This document shows, one piece after another, positions 49,719-63,125 of a DNA stretch of 64,000 nucleotides (positions are counted from its first letter, which is position 1; each line of letters starts with the position of its first letter). The position numbers and the translations under genes are program-made. This stretch comes from Takakia lepidozioides. Its lineage: Eukaryota; Plantae; Bryophyta. The stretch is taken from NCBI GenBank assembly GCA_030704615.1, contig CM060733.1:7006001-7070000 (forward strand). Direction: 5' to 3'. The notes under the pieces are model-generated. The model was not told where the DNA came from. It did no database searches and worked only from the letters and a program-made list of their open reading frames with translations.

Positions 49719-50282
49719 ATGGCCCGTGGAAAGACTGAGCTCGGAGCCTCAGCAACAAGAAATGCTGCGGGCAATGGCGGTGTAGATTATGTGGAATGCT
49801 TTCCATTGAACAAGGCAATGGAGGCGCTGCATGTGCAGCCGTCCTTCATGAGCGAGAGTGCGATAAACTTGAACATGCCTAAGAAGATGATGTCCGAGGC
49901 AATCAGAGCAGAACTCGCTCAACTAGAAGCTGACTTGGAAGACACGATTGTAGATTTGATCCTTGATGGGCAGTGGGAGATATTGCAGCCCAACTCTGGG
50001 AAATCTGTTGTGTTGGGGGACGGGAAATCTTTGTCCTTGGCGTATCGTGTTGAACCTGGATCTGCGTACCGAACCTGGGAATGGCACGGTCATGTTATGA
50101 TCTATGAGAATGGAGAGGGCTATGTGCCTGAGTACGTCTATGGCAATTACTTTGAGCCCTTGGACGAGGAAGATGAGTATGAAGGGGAAGATGAGTATGA
50201 AGAGATGAGCATGAGCCCATTGGTCGGGTTGGGTGGGATCATCAGCGGAGTAGAGAGAAGAGCTCCGTACAGAGGTCTATAG
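49719..50282 (+). CDS. Conserved plant protein of unknown function (WEWHGH...Y.PEY.YGNYFE.L motif, acidic tail)
   Basis: Single-exon ORF after an acceptor-like TTGCAG|ATG; the motif is recognised from uncharacterised land-plant proteins. Confidence 0.75.
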   Translation: MARGKTELGASATRNAAGNGGVDYVECFPLNKAMEALHVQPSFMSESAINLNMPKKMMSEAIRAELAQLEADLEDTIVDLILDGQWEILQPNSGKSVVLGDGKSLSLAYRVEPGSAYRTWEWHGHVMIYENGEGYVPEYVYGNYFEPLDEEDEYEGEDEYEEMSMSPLVGLGGIISGVERRAPYRGL

Positions 50283-52716
50283 CACGCTTCTCTGTGTGTT
50301 GTAGCTTGTAACCTCTCTTGATCGCCTCTCCTCATTTCTTAGAACATGCAATTCTTTGTAGGATGTTGACATCCAATGTGACCTGGAACCTGGTAGTAAA
50401 GACACTTTTACATTGTAGGGACCAATGTCTCGTTGCCCCCTTCTGCGCTTGAATCTGTCATGTGCGATCTGTAAAGTGTAATAATCTTGAGACACGGCGA
50501 GGGGCTATGGATCGCTGATCTGCGGTGTTTGAGTTGCAGATTGGTGCATCGTCCCATGGACGACCTAATAGCTGATATAAACGTTGGAGGGTATCAACTA
50601 TAGACATGTTCTCTTTTATGTGTCCAATTCTCGAACTGAGATGGATTCTGTCTTCCAAGCCTGTTAAAATCTCCTCTGCTGTAGCGGGTTGTATGACGGA
50701 TTCCCTGGCCTCCTGGCCCACCCCTATTTTTTATGGGATTTCCATCTCCTATCCACCTTCGAACATAATAATAGCCTTTCTGTAGGCAATTTCCGAATTG
50801 ATTTGCATGGTTTCCTTAGGACTTAACTTGTTGTGCCACTCTGCTAAGGTCAGCAGAGGTGGTGGAGGATTCCTTCATATCAGATTGCATTGATCAGAAC
50901 CTCGTTTGTGGATATGTTACTGCAGTTAGGGTATGTCAGATCAGGGTACTTGTTATACTGTGGCCATGGGCAGCTTTGTAAAGCCCTGACCAAGTTCTAT
51001 CTGGAGGAACTTCTCTCCCACGCGACTCAGTCTATGTCTGTTCTGTCTGGAGGGAGTCGACTATGTCTTTATCCTACATCCTTTCAGCTTTGAATTCTCT
51101 ATGTTCTGAACCAGCAGTGATGAGAATTGAAGTGGAGGTGTCAGCCTTATCTGGTCGATGGGACTGTCCATGACCTTCTTAAGTAGGAGAGTCACTCTAC
51201 GGTAGATAAATTAGGGGAATGAGGTGGCTGCAGTGGAAGAGTGCGTTGTGTTGATTGCTCGTACTATCATGTTTGTGCAAGTCGCAAAATTGAAGAAGTG
51301 CAACTTTGGGAGCTTCTGCAAAATTGAAGAAGATTCTATATACAGCCTCCCTTCCCCTGTAACCATCAACCGAAGAGTCGGTCAGGTAGCTTGAGTCAAA
51401 GAGCAGATAGTAGTATCTTGTTGGTCATGTCGCAATCATAGTTACTGGTCTCGGTGTTTGGCTCTTGCACAATTAAAACTCCAGGGGAACTGTTTGCCAG
51501 AAGAAAAGCATTTCTGGGCTGAAAGACAGAGATGCAGTGAACCGATTCATATATGTGAAAGAAAGTTGTGTATGGGACAGAATTGCGTGCTTTGTCAATA
51601 ATCCAATCTTGTCTCTGATGTGTTTGTAACCATCCCCTGCCTGGAGAGCCTCGGAGAAACCCTTATTTCTTTCATCTAGTAGATGATTTGAGGCACGAAC
51701 TATACAGGTCCCCCACACTCCAACATGATGGCATTTTGTCTCTGCCTCAAGCAAGCACAGTACCTGCCAGGAAGGTGATAATGCTTCAGTGTTGATACTT
51801 GGCCATAACCTTGCCCTCCATCAAACCTGTGCCCAAACAAACAAACAAGCAAACAAACATACATGTCTGTACCACCACACCAATTCTGGACTCTTATTAC
51901 TTGACCAAGAAACAGTTGCACTGAGAGTGCCAGAGTCTTCTTACAAGTCTTTTTTGCACCGTTCTGTCGGACGGGACATGACGTGGCAAAGTAGTACCTT
52001 CTTTCTTATGTTCGCGAGGGCAAGCAGGATGCTCTTCGAGCTCTGCAGTTTGTGAGCATGGCCGCATCTGGATTCCCAGTGTCTTCTAAGCAGCTTGTTG
52101 CCACCATTCGGGTACTTTTTTCCATCCCCCACATCATATTTCTCAGTTGGATCTAAGTTTTAGAGATGGAGATGTTCGATTGGCATCCTCTCCCAGCGCG
52201 GTTTCACCTCCCACCAAAATCTCGGGGCTGCGAATTGGTCCGTCGCTGGGTTGTGTTCTTTTCCCTGTTGGGTCCGAAGAAAGTTCGAATCATTTCGTTC
52301 TGACTGTTGGACGTGAATGTACCAGGGCCGGAAGACAGAAGTGGTCCAGTGTAGCTACGATGATTCGATCATGGTACGACAGATCATATTGCCAGTTCTG
52401 CTGAGTGATATTTCTCGCCAATTTGGTTTGTTGTGACAAAAATCAGGATCAAAGTTAAAGAGAGGTTGAAGATGCAAGTAACAAAATCTGAAATTGAGAG
52501 TAGAGGTATGTGCAGGCCAGGTGCACGAAAATAGGTACAGAGTGGCAGTGCAATTAAAATACACTCACTGACTGTCGTTCGGATCCTTGAGGGCATGTTG
52601 CCCACGGAATATTAACCTAATCAAAGCCGGTCGTGGCGCCTAGGCCGTACTTCCAGTGTGTTGTCAGTTCAGTTAATAGTCCTCCGACTGTTGTCAACTA
52701 GCAGCTATGGAAAATT

Positions 52717-52730
52717 GAGAGGGAGAGGGA

Positions 52731-52796
<66 letters not shown>
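52717..52796. repeat. (GA)n microsatellite
   Basis: GAGAGG x3 followed by about 29 GA units. Confidence 0.95.
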
Positions 52797-52801
<5 letters not shown>

Positions 52802-54779
52802 TGGTGCTTGGTTATCTTTACAGGTGATAGTCACGCAAATAGGGAAGATGGGCACCATACTGCACGCCAGGTGGGGGCCTCCGTAGCTGTCTCTTTTTTG
52901 CAGGTGAATGGATACTAATCAGCAGATCAGGACATGAAGGCACCTCAACATTTCTCCGCAAATTGCTTTTGGGATTCTTAGTTGTACTACTAGTAGATTC
53001 CTCCGGCATGGATGAAGCTAAACAATGCAAGGTCAAGGGTTTAGGGTTTAATTGCTCATGTTGGCTGGGGCTGGGAGGGTTGGGACTGGCATTATAAGAG
53101 TTTGTACGATTTAGAGTATGTCAATGCCTTGCAACTGAGGGCTGATCTGGGATGTTCTGGTATTATTTCAGGAAAGAGGAAGGATATGGCACGGCACCTA
53201 CTTTTAGTGTCAACATTCTCATGGGCAAGCGTGATGAGGTAGTGAGTTTGGAACTGTCAACCACTGGCTTTCGCTTAGTAACATTTCAGTTACAGTCAAT
53301 TTCACGTGCTCAGATTGCACATTCTGAGTACACATTCTGATGGAGTCTATTTGGTTGCCATGGTGAGATCAGCAACTAAGGTGATTTATGATTTCACTAA
53401 CTAGCTTTTAGCATGGGTAATGGTGGATGATGGCAGCCGCTGCTGGTGGCTTGTGCTCGGCAGCTCATTGAACACATCAGGTGTGTTCTTGTGTAATTTA
53501 ACCTCTTACTTTGCACAAATTTAGATCTTCATGGTTTCTTGTACTGCCCTGGAAGTTCTATGGCAATTTTGGTCTGCTACTCTGGTAGAATAAAACCCTG
53601 CATTGGCTTGTGAGATTAGTAACCATGGGAGTATGCCCTCATGGGTTCGCGACATATTTGCATTGTAGTCGTAGATCTGTGGTAGTCCTCAGTCTGTCTG
53701 TTTATTCAAATTCGTCTTCTTTCATTACCTCTTTCTCCCTCCCTACATTTACTGATGGCCATGGCTGTGTGAACTGTGTGCAGTAAGGCAGGGTCATCAA
53801 GGCCTTTGGTGCTTTCGCTAGGATTGAGTGACCATTCTGCGGTAAGTAAAAAAAAATGTGGCAATGAAATTTTGCTTGATCCAGCCTGTGGGCCAGGGAC
53901 CCACGCCCAGTTGCATAGCAGACTATGCTTTTGTTTCTACGCAGTTCCACATATGAACTCCTATTGATTTTTTCACATGACCATAGCATGGTAGATTGAG
54001 ATGTTAAATCAGTTCTGCAAGCTTCTGTGATTGTGGAGAACATAATCCTTCAAACTGATTGAGTAGTTTGCATTGTGGACCATGCAGGAGACCTTGAAAG
54101 AGATCATTGAAGTGGTGGTTGCTGACAAGATTTGGTAGTCATGGTTTTACTGCACACGTACACTACTGGCTCTGGAGTGGTGGATTCATTTCTACTCCCA
54201 TAGTGTCTGGAAAGATTTTTGGCAGCGGCAGGCTAGTGTTCCAGAAGTAGATTGCCCGAAGAAAGTTTATGGTAGCTATACCAGTGCCTGATGAAATTGA
54301 TGCCAGTCCTTTGCAGGGTCTTGTTGGAGACAATCAAAGTAAAAAGGGATTTTGTTAAGTTAAGATGCGAATGCTGTGAGACATTAGAATTTGGGGTTGA
54401 TAGTGTGATGACCTTGGGAAATTTCACACCCTCCCAGCACACATAATGCACCTTCACACCCCCCCTCCCCACCTCCCAACATTTTCTCTGTACATTCTGG
54501 CCTGTCTGTTAGGTTTGAACTAAAGCTTCCACACTTCTTTTTCAATAACCCACTGATCCTCATTTTTGGTTTGGAGTGTGACTGTGTTCTTTCAGCCACA
54601 TGCCTCATGATGCAATGCATGCTAGGGTTTTACCTCATCAGTGTTTGTGCTTCCCCTAGCATGCTCAACTAGAAGCTTGATGTCTTCAGAGGCGATACAA
54701 GTTTTGTCACATGAACTGACGATTTTGTTTGAATGAGTTATGATCACTCTGTCGATTGTACCTACGGAACCTTCGACGG

Positions 54780-55378
54780 CCATCATAGATGCTCAACTAG
54801 GCAAGCAGTTTCATCAAGCATTCACGAGAAGGTAATGGTTAACAGCCTTGACAATGTTGGATCCTTTGATAAATATGATCCGAATGTATGAATGGGATGG
54901 GTGGGAGTCTAGGCTTGCGGGAATGTAAGGGAGCTGCAGATAAGGGTGGATGAAGCTACTGGCTGTGAATTCTCGAGAGACTTCAAAATATTTTCGCATA
55001 ATCGTCCTGGCTTTGTGGATATTCCTTTCTATCCTTGTATACGGACCAAGGCTTCCTTTAGAAACCTGTTGCATACGATGGACCTCAAATCAATGTCAAA
55101 AATGCAAAGGATTTGGGCACCTTGCTCGGGCATGCCCCCAGACCAGTAAAGGATCTTTGAGAAGGCCCACAGAATCCTCAGATCAGCAGGGCTTTTGTGA
55201 AGATTCTCACATCCAACTCCTGAAGCACCATCAACTCAACATGGATTACAGGAAGATCCCATTTCGCAACCAACACCTGAAGCTCCTCCAAGCAGTTTGT
55301 CTGGAACAACGGAAAGAGACGAATGTTGTGGAATTTGAGGCAAGTTGGAGTGAAGTCATGTTCAGAAAACGTTCTTGA
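54780..55378 (+). mobile_element. Degraded L1-type LINE ORF1 remnant
   Basis: Zinc knuckle QCQKCKGFGHLARACP in a broken ORF, as in plant L1 ORF1. Confidence 0.55.
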
Positions 55379-56700
55379 GCATGGGAGGCTCCACAAGTCC
55401 CTCTGCCCCCTACAGCTACTAGTTCTATAATACCACCTCCTCGCCGCCCCAAACGCAATGCATGTCTGGAGACCTGCCAAATGAATTATGGTCAGCCTTA
55501 GCAATCCTTAACTGCCCTGTCTGAAATGGAGGCTGAGACAGTGAGCAATTACTAGGTGAAGACAAGGACCATTTTTCATGTACATAGGCAAGCATCCATG
55601 ACATACCGCTGCATGAAGGAATAGGAACAAAGAGGAGCAGTGGACATTGGCAATGTACTGCTAGCCTAATTCTCAGAGAAGAGAGCTTTTCTTAGTAGTG
55701 CTGAGATTGACCAATGGGTTTCTGCCTCTAGTCTGGTTCAAATAGTGGTAGTTCGGTAGTTTGGTCGAAAAAACATGGAGATGTTTAATAGAGTACTCCG
55801 GCATCCCTACCCAAGTTCAACTAGACTATATACAGCAATCTTCTGGTACTCGATCTGATGTGGTTAGGAGATCTGAAGGTATTCATTGGTACTTCAAACT
55901 GCGCAAAAAACTAGCATTTATCTCCTTTCCTTGAATGGCATGATTGTTCGGCCAGTTGTGTTCAGGATGTCTTCTCAGTCTGTGCCTTCATTATCATAAC
56001 CTCCACCACTGTTACTGTCTTGGTTCCCCTGGTTCTTGCGATCCTGCTTTTCTCAGTCTGGTGGCAGCAGACCCCAGGCCCATTTTGGATAGACAAAAGG
56101 AAGAGGGCGAATTTGTAATGCTGAAGTAACATCCAAACACTTCTGTAAGCCTTCTCATGGGGGTGTCTACTCCAACCGCTTGAGTGCATGACTAGTTGTT
56201 GAACCCCGTGGCAGAGGCAAGAGAAGGTATCTGTCATTCACTTTGCTGAAAATTCTTGGCGTTGTGGTTTGTTCTCGGAATTGCAGGGAGGCATATCTAT
56301 CAGGGAAACTATTGTGCTGAAAATTATGTTCCATGCCTACATCAACTGTCTCCAAGCTCCATGCTGATCATAGAATACCAACCTCATCTAACCTTTCGTT
56401 GTGTTCAATAAGCTGACCTAATGCATGGTGTCTTGATGTAGTTTCCTTTCAGGTACAAGCACACACATGGGCTAAGAGGAAAACCAACTCGTTAGGGCTC
56501 CACTCAATTTATCATGCATTCAAACATTTTTTTTGTTGTTCCACATGTCTTTTGTCCTTCCTTCAGTAGAGATGGCAAGGGTACTACATGGTTCAAAGCT
56601 CCTTGGTGAATAGCTAATAAGACATTGTGGAAGTGTGAAAGAAGTGTTGGACAAAAGGACTAAACGAGATGTAGTTTCAGAGTGCAATGATGCCAGTATA

Positions 56701-57977
56701 CTAATGTTGGGTACTGTTTAGGAGGCTTTCAAGAGTTATGAGCACAGAAGGGACAACCAACTTCATCACATCAATATGCAGGCTGCATATTCTAATCTTG
56801 CCCCACCAGGACTTTTGAGAAACTAATCTCTTTCTGCACCAAGCACATGGCTCATGGCAGCCCAACAAGCTTGTCCAGACTTTTGCTCCCAAACTAAGAC
56901 CACCAACCAAACTCACTAAGTACATGTCTAGCTTGGCCCTCATTCGTAATTCAGGTGGAAATCCAGTGGATGTCCATGTGTGTTGCTTCATGTCATACAT
57001 CAGAACTTCATCACGGAGGCTGGGCCACATGAATAAGAGATTGTCAAGGCTCACCACTTGACAAGATAACATGTTGTCGAGACTAGTTCCTGCAATCTCA
57101 TCAGTTCTTCCAATCTCCAGCCACTCTGCACTCGTTGTAGAACCTTTCAACTCCCACACACAGACTGTTGGTGAGACGTCAATTTGACCGCGATGCGCCT
57201 CAACCATCAACAGGCGCCCCTCACTCTCTACAAGTTGACACCAACAATTAAGATCACCAAAGCCAGGCACCCGTACAGCAACTGTCGTCCACACACGGCT
57301 GCCAATGTCACAAGCCATCAAACTGTAGCCTTCCTCTCCATGAAATAGAGCAAAGAGAGTAGGGCCGCATATCACACTTCCTGCACAATACGGAAAGGTT
57401 ATTGACTCGGGCATGTTTCCAGTCTCGGTCCAACACTCGCAAGTTGAGTCATAGATGTGTGTTCTCCAAACTCTCCAACCTCCTCCGTCGTCATTGCTTG
57501 ACATCACAAGGACCTTGTAGGTGTTGCTGCATCTATCCACAATCATATTCACGCTTTCCGCGTCGAAATTTGTTGCAGTGTGAGGCAGGGCAGGCAATTG
57601 TCTGGAACTGTTCAACAGAGGATTGTACACACTGCATGATAAGTCATCCTCGTCCGTTTTGCAAAATAAGCCACCATCTGCAGCACGAACTCTCTTTAGT
57701 AAACTATCCTCCGGGAGTTTGAGGCCGATCTTGTCCCACCGTCGAGTTGTTGGGGCATACCACATGCAAATTTCTTGGCCTTTGCAACTGTCAAGAAACA
57801 AGAGATAGGAGTCTTGGTGAAGAGGGAGCTACTGACAGAGTTGTTGGAGAGAAGTGGATGTAGGGAGTTCCACAACTTGCAAACCGACTTGAGGCGGGCC
57901 AGACTTCGATACGGCAAGCAGGCCAATACTACCATCACTAACTCGAAAGGGAGCCTGCTCCAAATCTCCTCCTCCAT
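56701..57977 (-). pseudogene. Intronless F-box / kelch-like beta-propeller protein with one frameshift near 57800-57860
   Basis: MEEEIWSRLPFELVMVVLACLPY..LARLKSVCKLWNSL (F-box), then in another frame AADGGLFC, VYNPLLNSSRQLPALP, IYDS....W, LVESEGRLLMV, VWEL....W.EIGR. Confidence 0.8.
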
Positions 57978-59700
57978 CTTGCCACCCACAAAACCTCTCT
58001 AATGTGTTCTTGCGATCCTAACACGGAGCTTGGGACAAGAGACGTGTAGGGTAAGGTGTGAACCAGCGAAGCACCGCTCGTGTTCCTTGCCCTGCGTTAC
58101 GAATTTCCCCAGAAAAGGAGTGAGCTTACCTTCGTCAGCAGGGATTTTTCTGAAATTAAAGAGAGCCTCGGCCTTGAGCCTCTGATACTCGAACCTTCTT
58201 TCCACTTCCAGCCCTGCTTTGTAGTTTGTGGTCTGTACATAGAAACCCTAAAAATCCTGGAAAAATCCTTCCATGTGCGGGAAGTCGGGGAGGGAGATGG
58301 CAGAGCGCGAGCTGGATGCGCCGCTCTTGTGGTTCCTCCTTTCTTGGTCGGTCTTCAACAGTATCAAGGGATGGAAAAGGGGCAGACACATTTCGTTTCC
58401 AGTGCTGGTTGCAGTCCATAAGGCGCTGCCAGCGCAGGCACGGGAATGCCTAGTAACACGAACTCCCCATCCAGAGCCGTCTACGACTACTCGGGTTCAA
58501 AGCGTGTGTCCTTTGTCTGCCTGTGGCACTGGTGGTATTATCCCCACTATAACTGAATTCAAGCCTAGAAGAGTTGAGTTCAAAGAGGGATTGTGCACAC
58601 TGAGGAGTCAGGACCTTGAGCAGAGATGCCAGCGCAAAGAAGCGGAATCAAATACCTAGTGCAAGCTTCTCTGCTGCTCTATTTGATGCCACAGCTGAGG
58701 AGGTATCCTGAGCTTTACTTGCTTGATTCATGTGCAATGAAATGGATAACCTGCACACTTACTTCAGTGGGCGCCAGAACAAACAGGATATAGACCCAAA
58801 TTTTCACATGCACAGTTTTCCAACTTCATAGGTTAGTGTTCAGCTTAGATATAACTTATGTTACTACAAACTCAACTTTTACAGCACTGATAGAACAAGG
58901 GTGAAGTTCAGATAGTGACCTAATTTGCACAGTAACTTTGGGCGAAATTTTTGTTTTATTATTGACAGGTGATTCTAAGTAGGAAAAGATTGGTAGCTGT
59001 TTGAGATACCCTCATGGGCTTGGACACATGCCATCTTCAAAAAACTGCTATTGCCATCCTGTGTATTCATAGAAGTCTAACCCATGCCTCACAAAAATTT
59101 CTGTTATTGGGGTTTCTCACTAGCGCACTGTTGCAACTTACTCTAAACTTACTGTAACTTACCAGACCAACAATATTGTTTTCCTATCAGAATTTGAAGA
59201 ATGAGGCTGGATAAACAAACATGTTGTGCAATGCAACTCCATTCACTAATATCCCAAACCATGTGGAACCTTTACCTTACTGCCCATCAATGGTTTAATA
59301 CACTAGGCACCTCAGTTGCCTGCAAAGTAACTTTCCAGTCAGCAGAAGCATGAACTCCTTCCAGGTGTTGTTTTGTTGCAAAAGGGCATATTGCTGTACC
59401 GTCTTAGAAGTTGTATTGGTGTCTGACCACACAAGTGATGGGCAGTCAGCAAGGTGGTGAGCATGGTAAGAATGGATTGGCTATCAGTAGGGTGTTTGAC
59501 ATGTTGGTGTTCTTCCTGATTGCCTTACTTCCATTACACTATTCTTGCAAGAGCCTTCTGGCCAAGAAACTGGGGGCCGCGTAGTATATCACTTTCCACA
59601 AAGGGTGGATATTTCAGAGGATGGAGAAAAAGCATGTAAATGGGTATGCAGTCCCCAACAACCCAACACTAGACAGAGTACAGTGGTTGGCCAACTTGAA

Positions 59701-62700
59701 TCACGAGTTGGCATCCTCCACAACCTTTATTCCCCAGGTTGCATCCTCACAGTGCTTCACATATGGCAGGATTTTGCCAGGGTCTGTACCCCATCCTCGT
59801 CCATCACAATCAAGGAGGGGTGGCGTATGAAAGCATGGCTCCAATGAACGTGCTCGGTTGCAAGGCCCTGAGAGAGCAATGGATGAGCTGTTCTCAATTT
59901 TTGTGAGAATCCATGGCCTGACACCTCCAAGGCCTTGGGCAGCATACCCGAAAGTAGATCGAGAACTGGTGATGAGTACATCACTTAAGGAGAGTAGATA
60001 GATGTCGGCCCACGCTTTTCTATCATGGTTGAACTCTTCAGTCCTTTGCTCCCTTTCATGGCTTGGCATGTGCACTCCAACGTGGCGACCATCCTCTGTT
60101 GGATAATCTAAGTAATACTCCCGTATTCTCTCGTAGTATTCTTGTTCAAGGGATGTTACCAAAACTGCAATGGGATTTTTTGCATCATCCATTCTGGTGA
60201 TAGCAGCCCCAGCATCCTCAGCCCTTGTCACATTGGGGAGAAGGTCGTTCTCATGAGCACAAGAAAATATCTGCCCACCATCCCAAAGTAGAGCCATTCA
60301 CAATTCGTCAATGCCATCAAACAAGCGCATAGTATGCAAGGCTTGCACACCCGCAGAACCACCACCAGCATGGATTTTTTCTAATGATGCCACTGAGACT
60401 AGCCTGTGAAAAACCCTTTTTAACTTTTTTCTGCTACATTGTCCTTGGAAAGGACCTCATAATTCTATTGAAACCACCACATGTGGTCCAAGTGTAAGGT
60501 CCCGCAAATACTTGTGAAGTGTCAGGCAGTCACCTCCAGGAATACCCTTTATGACTGGGCGCGGGGTCAATGGCTACAGCAAACAACATCTTATGAGTAC
60601 ATTCTTTCTATGTGGAGCGGAACACAAAGGGACAGAAACTACCTTAATCAGGGTTATGACTCCGGTAGTACGGACTTACCTTCAAACAAACAAGTGATCC
60701 GAGTTTCCGAGATATCCTCTAGAAATCCATTCACACAAACATCAATCTGCTGTGTGTGGTTTGCCCAGTAACTAGACCCCAAAGTGCCTGGGCTTTCTGC
60801 TCAGCCTTGAGAATTTCAAAGTTGGTAAACAGAGGTACAGAAACAATTCCATAGATGAGTTTGAAGAAGGTGTCTCTCGAGTAGCACCCAGGACATCGAA
60901 TCAGAAAGTCGGTATTGTCTTCAGGTTGCCCAAACAAGAGCCTACTTCCCCTTGCAGGTACTGGCCCTTTTGAGGGTGGGCTTAACACATAACCCTACCA
61001 CTACAGATCTGACTCCAACTAGATCGTTCATGATCCAATCATACCAATCCCAGATGCTCTCCTTGTAGAACATTAAAAACCGTCCTTTGGCTGTTGTTGA
61101 CCATCACTAAACTGTAAACAAAAGCCAGTGTTCTTGTGGATAAAAGGAGTCCTCAATCATACCTGGGTTGAGACATTAGTGATGCTACCAATAGTGTCAA
61201 ACATCCGTATCTGGAGGCCCACTTGTTGCTCAGCACTTTCCAGGTATGCCTTGTAGAAGCGCAATATCCATCCCCACACTTGGTTCGATGGATGAAACAG
61301 ATAGCGCCCAGTATGATGGAACACGGTCTCTCTCTGTGGGAAAAGCTTTTCAAGCTCACTCTGGAAAGAAGGAAGAAAATACAGCCCTGGCACAAAGTAA
61401 TTATTGGACTTCAGGAACAGCCAACTGAATTGCTGCAAGAATGTCTGCTCCCTCTCACAGAAGAACTTTCTGTCATTGACATCATATGTGTGGGTGAGGT
61501 GCACATAAGCATAGCCCATATGGGAGGAGCTGGAAATGCCTTTCTCAATCAAATGACCAAACCTGAAGGAGGAGCTCTCATTCAACTCTTGCAGCCAAGA
61601 ATAGGGAAATTTTGGTGGGAGGAGCCAAGGAGCTCCTGGGAAGGGCTCACAAAAAAGATCCCCCATGTCTGTGCTTCTATCTACAAGAAGAACCCTATCT
61701 GTGAGTAGGGCATACACAAAAGCAGATGCTAATGTCATGATCCGGTTGCCAAGGCCACTGTACGCTATCCAGACAATGTACTGACAATCCCCTAATTCTC
61801 TCTCAGAAGGTTGTTCTGTTTCACTAAAACTTTCTGCCTTCTTAGCACACCGACGATGGTGCGCTTCATATCTTCGAAGCCGATCTATTAAATATGCTGA
61901 GGGTCTAAACTTGGTGGGTCTGCGGAGCCGGTATGTCTGGGACCTGCTAATGCACTGGCCCTTCCCAATGAATTGTGGCAATAAGCCTCCCAGAGTCAGA
62001 TCCTCTTCCACCTTCGCCAACCCTGTTTGAAAAATTTGGCCAATGGATTAGTAAATCATAACTGACACCAGGGATGGTCGACTCTCTGGAATCCTCTACA
62101 TCTCCTTCTCCCCACCCTTTTAATAAAAATTCACCTTAGATATCCCTGTCACTCCAATCTCTTTCTTCCGTAACTCCCTCTCCAGCTGTAACAATCTCCA
62201 ACTAAATTATCTCCACAATGCAGTAGTACGCACACCCCATTTCACAACATTCGAGACACTACTGAGTTGTATCCTTCATCACAACGATGTTGGGTGCAAT
62301 GTCCTCCCTGTGCAAGATAAGCAATGTTCATGCCTAGGAGTAAGACTTCGTGTGCAAAAATAATCCAATTTCAGTTAGACAAACTGTCTGCATAGATTCA
62401 GCTTTTAAGGTCAAACCTGCTTGCATAAATGTTATCGAGGAAAAAGAAGCAAGAGCAATTCTCATCTTCGGTGTTTTATAACATTTTAAGCAGAGGGAGA
62501 GAAAAAGACAGAGCAAGGATACTCTTTGATAATATTGAAGCAGCCTACAAGTTGAAAGAAAACGATTTCTCATTCTCTCTTTAGTTGCTATTGAGCTGTT
62601 TGCGGCCCTCTCTTCTTCCTTCTTTCTTCCTATTGTCCCATAAGCTCTTTGAGCTTCTCACAGACGTTATAAAGTACCTTTTCATTTCATTTCATCTCTC

Positions 62701-63125
62701 TTCTGCGAAGCAGCTGAATCCCTTCTGAAGGTTATAGAACAACGAAACAGACAGACGGCCATTAAAGGGAGATTCAGAATTTTGTTCAATTGAATCAAAT
62801 GAAGCAAGAATAAAATTTTAACCGTCTGCTAAAAGCAACGTCGAGAGCATTCTGATAAAAAAGATGAAACAAGAAGCTGGGATGACTCACCTTGGCCAAT
62901 TGAAGTGGACGTAGTTGTAACCTCTCGCCCTACATACTGCTGACGGAAATGAGAACTGTATGCCAGGAAAGAAGGGAAAAAGAGGGAGCCTCCCACGAGC
63001 AGCAAAAGAAGCCACAAAACTTGTAACCGACGCTTTCTCTCATCATTGAAAGGATCGAGGAACTTCCCAGGAGATATCTTCCCATTGAAAAGAGGCGGGA
63101 TGTGCTTAGCCCGTCTCATGTCCAT
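59701..63125 (-). CDS. Xyloglucan (galactoside 2-alpha-L-) fucosyltransferase, GT37, 554 aa; exons 63125-62891, 62022-61163 and 60270-59701
   Basis: TM anchor; DLTLGGLL, C.SR.Q, YIVWIAYSGLGNRIMTLASAFVYALLTDRVLLVD, LFCEPFP, YLFHPSNQVWG, GLQIR, AVLVTSL, PSHE, AWADIYLLSLSDVLITS..STFGY.AQGLGG..PW, EPCFH.PP. Confidence 0.95.
60554..60937. mobile_element. Rearranged 3' fragment of the LINE family in intron 2 of the fucosyltransferase gene
   Basis: 60554-60603 is the LINE tail on the plus strand; 60614-60937 is the immediately preceding LINE segment on the minus strand. Confidence 0.85.

Noticed and set aside
53037-53051. GGGTTTAGGGTTTA, telomere-like
   Set aside because: Only two units; a telo-box-level occurrence.
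50400-54700. Numerous 60-110 aa ORFs
   Set aside because: No recognisable domains or coherent exon chain; probably intergenic or decayed TE sequence.
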